Shown here in pieces: positions 20,061 through 29,696 of a stretch of 64,000 nucleotides of DNA. Below the pieces are notes generated by a model. The model did no database searches. It was not told the DNA's origin and was given only the letters and a program-made list of their open reading frames with translations. A program made the position numbers and the translations under genes. Where the stretch lies: the NCBI GenBank assembly GCA_944332005.1, contig CALVJD010000002.1, forward strand, positions 3,836 to 67,835. The letters run 5' to 3'. Positions within the stretch are counted from its first letter, which is position 1. Every line of letters starts with the position of its first letter. The DNA is from an uncultured Bacilli bacterium. Its GTDB lineage: Bacteria > Bacillota_I > Bacilli_A > RF39 > UBA660.

Positions 20061-20774
20061 ATGAATCAGGAAAAGTTTGGAGCTTTTATAAAGAAAATAA
20101 GAAAAGAGAATCATCTTACACAGAAAGATTTAGCGCATAAATATAATGTTACTTATCAAGCTGTCAGTAAATGGGAAACTGGTAAGAATATGCCAGATAT
20201 TGCTCTAATTAAGAAGATCAGTGAAGATTTTAATGTCAGTATGGAAGAATTGTTCGATGGCGAATATAAAAAAGGCAACACAAAGAAACCCTATTTTATT
20301 GTGGTTATGATCGGCATTGTTGTTTTTGCTATTTTGATGTTCACATTATTCCAACTTTTTAAAAATGATGATTTTGACTTTAAAGTTTTATCAAGCAATT
20401 GTGATAACTTTGATATTTCGGGCACGATCGCTTATAACGACCAAAAATCTTCTATTTATATTACGAATATTCGTTATTGTGGAGAAGAAGATAATACGAA
20501 TTATAAGACGATTGAATGTGTTTTGTATGAAACTGATCAAAATATCGAGCGGAAAATTAGTTCTTATCGTTATGAAAGTGAAGAAAGCATACACTTAGAA
20601 GAGTTTTTACAAATGGTGACATTGACAGTTGATCATTACGAACAAATTTGTAGTGATTATTCATCGAATCATTTATATTTATCGATCAATGCGACGGATT
20701 GTAATGATCGAACGACGACTTATAAAATTCCTCTTTCGCTAGCAAGTTCATGTGTTTATGAAATATCATCGTAA
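20061..20774 (+). CDS. membrane-tethered XRE-family HTH regulator with a Cys-rich extracytoplasmic domain
   Basis: HTH_3 followed by a TM helix and a C-terminal domain with several Cys. It is a paralogue-like match to the gene at 17160. Confidence 0.7.
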   Translation: MNQEKFGAFIKKIRKENHLTQKDLAHKYNVTYQAVSKWETGKNMPDIALIKKISEDFNVSMEELFDGEYKKGNTKKPYFIVVMIGIVVFAILMFTLFQLFKNDDFDFKVLSSNCDNFDISGTIAYNDQKSSIYITNIRYCGEEDNTNYKTIECVLYETDQNIERKISSYRYESEESIHLEEFLQMVTLTVDHYEQICSDYSSNHLYLSINATDCNDRTTTYKIPLSLASSCVYEISS

Positions 20775-20861
20775 CTCAACTAAAAGTTGAGTTTTTTCAA
20801 CTCTCTCGTGATTGGAATGAAATCGAGAAGCTTGTAAAATAATAATGGAAGGAGATAAATT

Positions 20862-21530
20862 ATGAAAAAGAAATGTTATAAGATCGTATTAGTACTTCTT
20901 TTATGTATTACGGCATGTGCCTGTTCGAATACCAAACTTGCTGAATTACCAAAACCAGAAGTGACGGATGGTATTCGTGGAACCTTTGGTATTGACAAAA
21001 ATATTAATGAATCTACGATCGATCAATATTTAAGTAGGAAAGATTCGGTGTACCGAGATATGAGAATGCTCATTGATCCAGGAAATTATGAAGCAATCGG
21101 AGGGGATGCTTATCTATCTGGATTTGTCAAAGGGTTTGAAGTTGTTCCTTATCCTTATTTAGTCAATGTCAGTGGGTTACCAGACGAAGTGGGAGATACT
21201 TATACTGGTACTACACTGTTTACCGAAGAAGATGGAAAATACATTGCGAACTATGAAGAATCGATGGAAATTTTAGAATATTTATTTCCCAAAGATAAAA
21301 ATATCTTTCTGATGTGTGGTGGTGGTGGTTATGCTGGCATGACGAAAACGTTGTTAGTAGCATTAGGATGGGATGAAGATAAAATCTATAATGTTGGCGG
21401 TTACTGGTATTATGAAGGAAGTAATAATGTAACTGTGAAAAATACTTCTTATGGGGATGTGTCCTATGATTTTTGGAAGATTCCTTATCACGATATCGAT
21501 TTTGATAGTCTTCATGAGGTTTTAAAATGA
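20862..21530 (+). CDS. lipoprotein, hypothetical
   Basis: Lipobox ITACAC. No domain recognised. Confidence 0.55.
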   Translation: MKKKCYKIVLVLLLCITACACSNTKLAELPKPEVTDGIRGTFGIDKNINESTIDQYLSRKDSVYRDMRMLIDPGNYEAIGGDAYLSGFVKGFEVVPYPYLVNVSGLPDEVGDTYTGTTLFTEEDGKYIANYEESMEILEYLFPKDKNIFLMCGGGGYAGMTKTLLVALGWDEDKIYNVGGYWYYEGSNNVTVKNTSYGDVSYDFWKIPYHDIDFDSLHEVLK

Positions 21531-22402
21531 AAAAAGGCATTTTAATTATTTCTAGTCTTTTGGTGATAATAAGTTTAGTGGCGATTTTGAATAAACAAAA
21601 AGTCGAACCATTTTATCTAGAGGATCGATATTATGAGGCAGGAGCATTTATCGAAATTGGTAGTAATGAACTAGAAGAACTTATCAAGAATAAAGAATCA
21701 TTTGCCATTTTTATTTATCAGCCTGCTTGTACGACCTCTTCTGAATTTAGTGAACTATTAACAGAGTTTGAAACAGTTTATCAAATGACGTTTTATCAAA
21801 TTGCTTTTTCTGATATCAAAGGAACTAATCTAGAGAAATATATTCAGTATTATCCTTCTTTTGCAATCTATAAAGATGGAAAAATCGTCGATTATTTGAA
21901 AGCTGACGACGATGAAGATACGACTCGTTATCAATTGTTTGATTCCTTTGCATCTTGGTTTACGGAATATGTATTATTAAAAAATGAAGCGAATTATGAT
22001 GATACGGATACTTCCTCTGATATAAAACAAGAAAACATGCTCAAAGATGTCGTATTGGAAAATGTCACATACGATGAAAATAAAGTCAATATTTATTTCT
22101 TTTGGGGCAATGGTTGTCCTCATTGCGAAGAACAATTTTCCTTTTTAGAAAGTATCGAAGAAGAGTATGGACAGTATTATCAGTTGTATACATTTGAAAC
22201 TTGGTATGATGATGAAAACGCTGATTTGATGCAACGCTTTGCTACTACGATGGGAGATAGTACGAGAGGTGTTCCTTATACGATCATTGGAAACAAAAGT
22301 TTTAAAGGCTTCAGTGCAAGTAGTGAACAAGCCTTCTTAGATGCTATTATGACACAGTATCAAAATAGTTATGATGTATATTTCGAAAGTCGAAATGAAT
22401 AA
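21527..22402 (+). CDS. thioredoxin-fold membrane-anchored protein (two thioredoxin-like halves, CPHC motif)
   Basis: N-terminal anchor, FWGNGCPHCEE motif and a second degenerate thioredoxin-like half. ATGA overlap with the upstream gene. Confidence 0.6.
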   Translation: MKKGILIISSLLVIISLVAILNKQKVEPFYLEDRYYEAGAFIEIGSNELEELIKNKESFAIFIYQPACTTSSEFSELLTEFETVYQMTFYQIAFSDIKGTNLEKYIQYYPSFAIYKDGKIVDYLKADDDEDTTRYQLFDSFASWFTEYVLLKNEANYDDTDTSSDIKQENMLKDVVLENVTYDENKVNIYFFWGNGCPHCEEQFSFLESIEEEYGQYYQLYTFETWYDDENADLMQRFATTMGDSTRGVPYTIIGNKSFKGFSASSEQAFLDAIMTQYQNSYDVYFESRNE

Positions 22403-22404
22403 AG

Positions 22405-22434
22405 AGATTATCGAATGAATAATCTTCTTTTTTT
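22405..22434 (+). terminator. rho-independent terminator
   Basis: agattat-cgaatga-ataatct followed by T8. Confidence 0.7.
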
Positions 22435-22476
22435 ATGATTTTTAATATGGTATAATGAAAAAAGGTAGGTGGGGTT

Positions 22477-24954
22477 ATGAAACAAGAAATTGTGACGATT
22501 ACAGGAATGACCTGTTCAGCATGCTCGTCTAGAATCGAAAAAACGGTTTCGAAATTAAAGGGAGTAAAAAAAGTAGAAGTCAATCTTTTAACAAATAAAA
22601 TGATTCTTTCTTATGATGAAAATAAAATATCGATGGATCAGGTAACCAATGCGATTGAAAAAATTGGTTATGGGGTAAGTAGTGATCATTCTAAAAAAAG
22701 TGAAAAAGCGAAAGATCCTATATTATCACGTTTACTCGTTTCCATCTTATTTACGATTCCTTTATTTTATTTAGCTATGGGTCATATGTTCCATTTTCCA
22801 CTTCCTAGTATGTTTAAGGGTATGGAAAATGCGCTTACGTTGGCCTTTACAGAGTTTTTGTTATTACTTCCTGTATTGTTTGTCAATCGTAATTTTTATA
22901 AAAATGGTTTGAAATCGCTCATCCATTTTGCGCCTAATATGGATACGTTAATTGCTCTGGGATCAGGAGCTGCAACGCTGTATGGTATTTATGCGATTTA
23001 TAAGATCGGATATGGTCTTGGACATCAAGACTTCCACATGGTGGAACATTTTATGATGGATCTTTATTTTGAATCTGCTGCTATGATATTAACTTTAATA
23101 ACACTAGGAAAATATTTAGAAAGTAGAGCGAAAGGAAAAACGAGTGAAGCGATTACGAAATTGATGGATCTTGCCCCTAAAATGGCACATGTCAAAAGAA
23201 GAGGAAAAGAAATGACGATTCCGATCGAAGAGGTAGTAGTAGGGGATCGTTTGATCATTCGTGCTGGTGAAGCGATACCAACTGATGGGATTGTTCTCTC
23301 TGGATTGGGCTATATTGATGAAGCTATGATTACGGGAGAAAGTATTCCTGTTTCCAAAAAAGAAAAAGATGAAGTAATTGGATCGACGATTATGAAATCA
23401 GGATATCTAGAAGTAAAGGCAACTAAGATCGGAAATGATACGACGTTATCCAAAATCATTCAATTAGTAGAAGATGCCACTACATCGAAAGCACCGATTG
23501 CAAGATTAGCGGATCGTATCAGCGGTATTTTTGTACCAGTTGTTATTTTGATTGCGATATTAGCTTTTGTCATCTGGTTGTTGCTTGGCCAAAGTTTGGA
23601 ATTCGCCTTATCGATTGCCATTTCGGTATTGGTAATTTCTTGTCCTTGTGCTTTGGGACTGGCAACACCAACCGCTATTATGGTCGGAACAGGAAAAGGT
23701 GCATCGAACGGAATTCTGATTAAATCCGCACCTGCGTTAGAACATGCTGGTAAAGTTGATACGGTTGTATTAGATAAAACCGGAACCATCACAGAAGGAA
23801 AACCGATCGTTGTTGATATTTATTCGCCTCGCCTAAAAGAAAACCGTCTTTTAGAAATTGCCGCATCGATCGAATCGTTATCGGAACATCCGCTTTCTAA
23901 TGCAATTGTCGACGCTTCCAAAGAAGTGAAGGCAGTTATTCATAAAGTCACGGATTTTAAACAATTACCAGGTGAAGGAATATCGGGTAATATTGGAAAA
24001 GAAACTTACTATATTGGAAACGACCGCCTTTTACAAAAGATGAAGGGAAAAGATTTGGATTTAGAAGCGCTCTATGAAAAAGCAGTTCAAAAAGGACAAA
24101 TTCCCCTTTATGTGATGGATGATAAGAAAGTATTGGGATTAATCATCGTTGCTGATACGATCAAAAAGGATAGTAAAGAAGCTATTTCGGAATTAAAAGC
24201 GTTAGGGCTTCATGTTATTATGCTGACCGGAGATCACCACAAAACAGCGGAAGCGATTCAGAAAGAATTGGATATTCCGGAAGTGATATCTGAAGTAAGG
24301 CCAGATGAAAAAGCAGCTGTGATCGATCGTTTAGAAAAACAAGGAAAACATGTTTTGATGGTAGGTGATGGTATCAACGATGCTCCAGCACTTGCTCGTA
24401 GTGATGTTGGTGTCGCAATTGGAGTAGGAACTGATATTGCGATCGAATCAGCCGATATCGTTCTTATGAAGAATAACTTGATGGATGTTGTTACAACCGT
24501 TCTTTTGAGCCGTGCTGTTATGAAAAATATCAAGGAAAATCTGTTTTGGGCATTCTTCTATAATACGATAGGTATTCCTATTGCTGCTGGATTATTCTAT
24601 GGTATTTGGAATTTGAAATTGAACCCGATGATTGGAGCAGCAGCGATGAGTTTAAGCTCGGTATGTGTTGTTACGAATGCTTTACGATTAAAATTTTTTG
24701 AACCAAAAATAAAAAGAAAGAAGGAAATAGGTGTGCAAAAGCGTATTATGATTGAAGGAATGAGTTGTATGCACTGCGTAAATCATGTTAAAGATGCTTT
24801 AGAAAAGGTCGAGGGAGTTGAACATGTGAATGTTGATCTCGATAAAAAAGAAGCAATTGTGACAGTGAATGGTACCCAAGATGAGGCCTTGAGGCAGGCT
24901 GTTCTAGATGCTGGATATCAAGTAAGCAAAATCGAAGAAATAAATCGAATATAA
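22477..24954 (+). CDS. copA: copper-translocating P1B-type ATPase with N- and C-terminal HMA domains
   Basis: Motifs CPC, DKTGT and GDGIND. N-terminal MTCSAC and C-terminal MSCMHC heavy-metal-associated domains. Confidence 0.9.
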   Translation: MKQEIVTITGMTCSACSSRIEKTVSKLKGVKKVEVNLLTNKMILSYDENKISMDQVTNAIEKIGYGVSSDHSKKSEKAKDPILSRLLVSILFTIPLFYLAMGHMFHFPLPSMFKGMENALTLAFTEFLLLLPVLFVNRNFYKNGLKSLIHFAPNMDTLIALGSGAATLYGIYAIYKIGYGLGHQDFHMVEHFMMDLYFESAAMILTLITLGKYLESRAKGKTSEAITKLMDLAPKMAHVKRRGKEMTIPIEEVVVGDRLIIRAGEAIPTDGIVLSGLGYIDEAMITGESIPVSKKEKDEVIGSTIMKSGYLEVKATKIGNDTTLSKIIQLVEDATTSKAPIARLADRISGIFVPVVILIAILAFVIWLLLGQSLEFALSIAISVLVISCPCALGLATPTAIMVGTGKGASNGILIKSAPALEHAGKVDTVVLDKTGTITEGKPIVVDIYSPRLKENRLLEIAASIESLSEHPLSNAIVDASKEVKAVIHKVTDFKQLPGEGISGNIGKETYYIGNDRLLQKMKGKDLDLEALYEKAVQKGQIPLYVMDDKKVLGLIIVADTIKKDSKEAISELKALGLHVIMLTGDHHKTAEAIQKELDIPEVISEVRPDEKAAVIDRLEKQGKHVLMVGDGINDAPALARSDVGVAIGVGTDIAIESADIVLMKNNLMDVVTTVLLSRAVMKNIKENLFWAFFYNTIGIPIAAGLFYGIWNLKLNPMIGAAAMSLSSVCVVTNALRLKFFEPKIKRKKEIGVQKRIMIEGMSCMHCVNHVKDALEKVEGVEHVNVDLDKKEAIVTVNGTQDEALRQAVLDAGYQVSKIEEINRI

Positions 24955-24963
24955 AAACGTAAA

Positions 24964-24992
24964 AAACGCATCCAAAATTGATGCGCTTTTTC
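24964..24992 (+). terminator. rho-independent terminator
   Basis: gcgcatc..gatgcgc followed by a T-run. Confidence 0.75.
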
Positions 24993-25037
24993 GTTATAAA
25001 AACTCGGCATAAAATCTATACCAAGTGTAAAGTCAAA

Positions 25038-25111
25038 TGGAGCAGCTGAGGAGAATCGAACTCCCGTCTCAACCTTGGCAAGGTTGCATTCTACCATTAA
25101 ACCACAGCTGC
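25038..25111 (-). tRNA. tRNA-Gly(GCC)
   Basis: Acceptor gcagctg/cagctgc, anticodon loop ttGCCaa, CCA encoded. Confidence 0.8.
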
Positions 25112-25218
25112 ACAACAATTAAATTATAACAAAAAGAAATGAATTTGTAAACATCTATTTTATTTTTTCTAGTATAAAGATATGCAAAAAGATATCCTAT
25201 ATGAGGATATCTTCTATT

Positions 25219-26184
25219 TTATAATTTATTGTGTAATTTTAATATTGCAACTAACATATCATCACGATATGCAGCAAGAGAAACATCATCATTTCCGATT
25301 TCTCTTGGACGGTTTTTCATGGCTTCTTCAACACCATCGCGAGCGATTTTGGCAAATTCTGGTGGGAATTCTTTCCAATCAGCCATATCATTTAACCATA
25401 GGGTAATAGAATCATGTAAGTGATTCATAAGTCCATCGACACCACCTTCGCCACCGCCTAATTGAAAGACTAAAGATGGTCCCATAATACCCCAACGAAT
25501 TCCAGGACCGAAGGTAACTGCTTTGTCTGCATCTTCGATTGTACAAACACCACGCATAACAAGTTCACAAACTTCGCGATAAAGTGCCATTTGTAGGCGG
25601 TTGCAAATAAATCCTAGTGCTTCTTTTTGTAGAACAACTGGTTCTTTTCCTACCGAAATATAGAATTCTTTGGCAAGTTGAACATTTTCTTCAGTTGTTT
25701 TTTCTCCTTTTGTAATTTCGATGAGAGGAATTAAATGAGGTGGATTGTAAGGATGTCCACCTATAAAACGTTCTGGATATTTTGCAACTTTTGCAATTTC
25801 GGTAATCAGTAATCCAGAAGTAGAACTTGCAATAATGGCATCTTTATCGGCATATTCTTCAATTTCTTTTACGATTTCATGTTTTACATCATAATGCTCT
25901 GGACCTGATTCTTGTATAAAAAGAGCACCTGTAACTGCTTCTTCCATCGAAGTGGTATAATGAATTCGATTTTCGATTTCTTCTCTTTCTTGTTCTGAGA
26001 TGATATTGTTTTTAATCAATAATTCAAGACTAGTATGAACTCTCATTTTAGCGAGATCTAATGCTTCCTGATTGATATCGTATAAACTAACCTCCAACTT
26101 TTTCAAAGCAAAGCTTACTGCAAAACTATAACCGATGACACCTGATCCAACACAGGCAACTTTTTTAATATCTGATACTTTCAT
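25219..26184 (-). CDS. 3-hydroxyacyl-CoA dehydrogenase family protein (NAD-binding)
   Basis: VACVGSGVIG Rossmann motif and an HBD-like C-terminal domain. The start at 26184 follows the RBS aaggagg. Confidence 0.75.
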   Translation of the reverse strand: MKVSDIKKVACVGSGVIGYSFAVSFALKKLEVSLYDINQEALDLAKMRVHTSLELLIKNNIISEQEREEIENRIHYTTSMEEAVTGALFIQESGPEHYDVKHEIVKEIEEYADKDAIIASSTSGLLITEIAKVAKYPERFIGGHPYNPPHLIPLIEITKGEKTTEENVQLAKEFYISVGKEPVVLQKEALGFICNRLQMALYREVCELVMRGVCTIEDADKAVTFGPGIRWGIMGPSLVFQLGGGEGGVDGLMNHLHDSITLWLNDMADWKEFPPEFAKIARDGVEEAMKNRPREIGNDDVSLAAYRDDMLVAILKLHNKL

Positions 26185-26487
26185 ATATCCTCCTTTATTT
26201 TCCAATTATATTGTACCTCTTTTTCGACATAAAATACTCTTTTTTTTATTTGATTGTCATAAGTTGACATAAAATTGGGATAGGCGTTTAATAGTTAATT
26301 TTCTGTTGGACACTTATTTCAGTTTCATCTAAAAAAGTAGGTACAAATGGAAATATTTTAGTTTATATTATGTTTTTGTAATAAAATGAAGATATATGTT
26401 TCTGATATGTGTTTTTACGACCAATATTATTAATAGTGAGGCATTTTGGTCTACATGAAGGAGATGGATGTTATATGCCAGAAGGTA

Positions 26488-26511
26488 TAAAAAAAGAGAT
26501 TTTGTATCTCT
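26488..26511 (-). terminator. rho-independent terminator of the minus-strand islet operon
   Basis: agagat-acaaa-atctct hairpin followed by T8 on the minus strand. Confidence 0.5.
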
Positions 26512-26634
26512 TGTATATCTAATGGAGCCACAGTCGAGCCTATCTCGAACTTTTTCTCAAAAGAATATTGATAAATATCAAATCTATTAATATTTTACTA
26601 AATTACAATAAAAATATCAATGCTATATATCTGA

Positions 26635-27756
26635 TTATTTAAAATTTTTGAGGTTTAAATATTTATGATAAGTTTTTGCAAAATTATACCTTATTGAATA
26701 AAAAAGCTGATAATGTGGATTAATAGTACTGTTAAAATCAGATTCTTTAATGGATTTATATATATCATTTTCAATTGTTTCGCTATTAACAAAGGTAAAT
26801 ATTTCTTCTAAATTTTTATCAATATAATAGAAACATAGTATAGTTTTTTCTGAATGTTTTACTCGTTCTTCATATCTTTCATTAAAATTAATATTAGTAG
26901 GTAATACATAGCTTTCCCAAACAACAAAAATGCCAATAATATGTTCTCTTTCTATTTGCGTAGATATGGTATTTATTTTTCTATAAAATGTGGCCTTTGA
27001 TTCAGCTAAAAAGGGATTTATTTTAAAAGTTTTATCTTTATAAAATATAAACATAGTAGGCATTATATGTTGTTTTTGTAATTTATAAATAAGAATATGA
27101 CATGAAATGAAATCTTTAAACATATCTTTTAAATTATTACTTTGGAAAAAGTTATTATTTATTGGAACTTTTTCTTCTTTTTTATTTATATTATTATCAT
27201 TAAATCCTAACATTTTTGCTCTAGATTTAGGCTCTAGTAAATTGGTGCTTGGTATATATTTATAATCTCTCTCTAAACATAATTCATATATGCATATTTC
27301 TTTAATTTTTTCAGAAATTTTTAATTCCATATTTTCACATTTAAGACAGTTAGTATTGGTGGATAATTTAAATTGTGTAAGAAAACTATTCATATCGGCA
27401 ACTCCATGTTTTATTAAATCAATAATATTTATTTCTTTACCATTTTCAGTAAATCTAATTATAATAGACAAATATATTTCTGGTGCTTTAAATGTTTTTA
27501 GTTTCTCTTTAATTTCGGTTTCTAATTGTTTTGCATTTTCCCAATTTTCATAAGTATAGTTATGTTTTATAATTTCATTACTATTTCCATAAAAATATAC
27601 ATTCACCATTATTTGCTTATTTAATTTAAAGGGATTTTGATGAATTACTTCAACTCTCTTATCGTTAAGCCATTTTAATTCATCACTGATTAAATATTGA
27701 TCTCTTAATTGCTTATATATTTTCTTATTTTTGGAAGAATCTAATGATTTTTGCAA
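26635..27756 (-). pseudogene. hypothetical protein, very AT-rich, no recognisable domain; apparently the 3' part of a gene split by a frameshift in an A7/T7 tract
   Basis: The 373-aa frame starts only at a TTG with no RBS. The upstream 45-aa ORF fuses in-frame if the T7 run at 27783-27789 gains one T or loses two. Confidence 0.5.
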
Positions 27757-27764
27757 AACAAATG

Positions 27765-27902
27765 TTATATTTCTAAATTCAGAAAAAAACTATCAATGGA
27801 AGAAACTACATCGCAAAATTCTTCTGCTTTTATAAAGTCAGATAAGTTTTTTAAAGCACTATAAAATTTTTGATATGACGTACACATTATACAATTACTC
27901 AT
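27765..27902 (-). CDS. 45-aa Cys-containing ORF, probably the N-terminal part of the frameshifted downstream gene
   Basis: Strong RBS ggaggtatat upstream of the ATG. It ends 8 nt before the TTG of the 373-aa frame. Confidence 0.4.
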   Translation of the reverse strand: MSNCIMCTSYQKFYSALKNLSDFIKAEEFCDVVSSIDSFFLNLEI

Positions 27903-27973
27903 ATATACCTCCTCATTGTTTTCTCAGTATTATAGCATAAAAAAACAAAATTTTCGGTTTTGTTTTTAGAATA

Positions 27974-29071
27974 TTATATATAATTTATTTTTTCAGCTTT
28001 TAAAATAGCATCAATATATTCTATTGTGTAATCACGAATAAATTTCTTTGGAGATAAAACCCAAGAATTTATTTCATTATACAATCTTTCGAATCCGATT
28101 TCTCCATATTGATTATAAAATTCAGAATAATTAATTAGGCCTTCTTTTAAATATTCTCTGTACGCTTCATTTCCCACATACATTCTTTTTGACAATTTAC
28201 TTCCTGACCAATCTAATATTGTTGGAGTATAAATGATACTTGGAACATCATGTATTTTCATTTTTAACAATGGTTCCATATAAACTCGTAAAGGCCACAT
28301 TCCAGACCAATCGCCACCATCAACAATAACATTTAACGAATTATCAATTTTATCTTGTTTTAATAAATATAAAATTTTTACTAAATAACGCAACGGTACA
28401 TTCATATCAAAATTGTCATTACTATTTTTGTCGATGTTTACTTCAAAATTGCCATGTTTTGGACAAAAAGAATTTATAATAATTTTATTGTCTACAGCTT
28501 TAATTTTTGTATTAGAAAGATGTTTTTCTGTTAAGCCACATTTAGGGCATGGGACTCTTAATCTAATTTCGCCATTTTTTGGATCTAAAGTGTATCTTAA
28601 TTCTTTTTCGTTCTGTATTACTTCATAAAGTGCTTCTTTTACTAATGGATTTTTTTGATAATCATAAAAAAATAATACCTCATAATTTATTTTGTCTTTT
28701 TTACTTAATTTGTCTAATAACTCTTTAAAATAGGGGAAAAATTTTTCTTTAATTGTTAATCCATTATTATCTTTAACAATATTTAAATTTTTGTAATACT
28801 TAATTCCATCTATCATAAATTCTTCGCCAGTAACACTTTCTAAAAGCTCAACTTTTATTTTTACTGGAACATTATAATATTTTTTGAAATGTTTAGCTAA
28901 TGCAAAGGCTGAAATAAAATTGGTTAGAGTACCGACATGTGGGTAACTATTAACCTGTGCTGAAAGCCATAAAACAATTTCCTTTTTTCCGTCCATTTTG
29001 TTTTTTATAATTTCTGCTAAATCATCTATTATATAATTCATTCCTGCTAATGGATAATATACATTTTTCAT
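27974..29071 (-). CDS. truncated class I aminoacyl-tRNA-synthetase-like protein (class I LysRS-like catalytic core, no anticodon-binding domain)
   Basis: HIGH-like NSYPHVGT, KMSKS-like GSKLSKR, and a Zn knuckle CPKC..27 aa..CPKH. It is 365 aa, against ~520 aa for class I LysRS. Strong RBS gaggagg. Confidence 0.55.
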   Translation of the reverse strand: MKNVYYPLAGMNYIIDDLAEIIKNKMDGKKEIVLWLSAQVNSYPHVGTLTNFISAFALAKHFKKYYNVPVKIKVELLESVTGEEFMIDGIKYYKNLNIVKDNNGLTIKEKFFPYFKELLDKLSKKDKINYEVLFFYDYQKNPLVKEALYEVIQNEKELRYTLDPKNGEIRLRVPCPKCGLTEKHLSNTKIKAVDNKIIINSFCPKHGNFEVNIDKNSNDNFDMNVPLRYLVKILYLLKQDKIDNSLNVIVDGGDWSGMWPLRVYMEPLLKMKIHDVPSIIYTPTILDWSGSKLSKRMYVGNEAYREYLKEGLINYSEFYNQYGEIGFERLYNEINSWVLSPKKFIRDYTIEYIDAILKAEKINYI

Positions 29072-29649
29072 TTTGACCTCCTCGTTATGTATCCCGCTTT
29101 AATTATATCATATTTCTTATTTTTGGTATATTCAACATCTTTTAACTTAAATTCTTCTGTCATTTCCATTTCCTTACAGGTCATACAAAAATTGTCTTCA
29201 TATAATTTTGAGTGAGAATTGATATATTCTTTATTATATAATTCTTGTTTTTCTAAATACTCATATACTGCTGGAAAATTTTGAATATTCAAATAACATT
29301 GTGGGACATTAAAATGACTATCAATTTCTTTTATTTTATTTATACTTATTGGTTGTTTAAATAATTGTAGAGATTCTATAGGAATAGCAAATTTTTCTCC
29401 ATTTTTAAGGCAATTTTTAATTCTATCATATATAATAGAATCTTTATTATAATCGTCTATTTTTTCAGCTGTATGTATTGGTTTTCCCAATTCCATTATG
29501 CCTACTACTTCTTGTACAGGGGCGCTTAAATAAAGATATGCTGTCGTTGGTTTATCACAAAATCTTTTTCTGTATTCATACATTTTCATGTTATATAATA
29601 TTGGCCTAAAAAATTCAGGTCTAAAACTCAAAAAAATTTTTCTTTTCAT
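29068..29649 (-). CDS. ASCH/PUA-like domain protein
   Basis: N-terminal KIFLSFRPEFFRPILYNMKMYEYRKR pattern is typical of ASCH domains. Its stop overlaps the downstream ATG by 4 nt (ATGA). RBS ggaggt. Confidence 0.5.
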   Translation of the reverse strand: MKRKIFLSFRPEFFRPILYNMKMYEYRKRFCDKPTTAYLYLSAPVQEVVGIMELGKPIHTAEKIDDYNKDSIIYDRIKNCLKNGEKFAIPIESLQLFKQPISINKIKEIDSHFNVPQCYLNIQNFPAVYEYLEKQELYNKEYINSHSKLYEDNFCMTCKEMEMTEEFKLKDVEYTKNKKYDIIKAGYITRRSK

Positions 29650-29696
29650 TTATTTTACCTCCAATCAACAAAAATGCAATTTAAGTTTCTGCTTAA

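Noticed and set aside
23460-24533. Minus-strand ORFs of 91-110 aa inside copA
   Set aside because: They are antisense to a well-conserved P-type ATPase coding region. Their composition is driven by the sense strand.
25182-25423. Two plus-strand ORFs of 64-74 aa overlapping the 3' end of the hydroxyacyl-CoA dehydrogenase gene
   Set aside because: They are antisense to a conserved CDS. No RBS is present.
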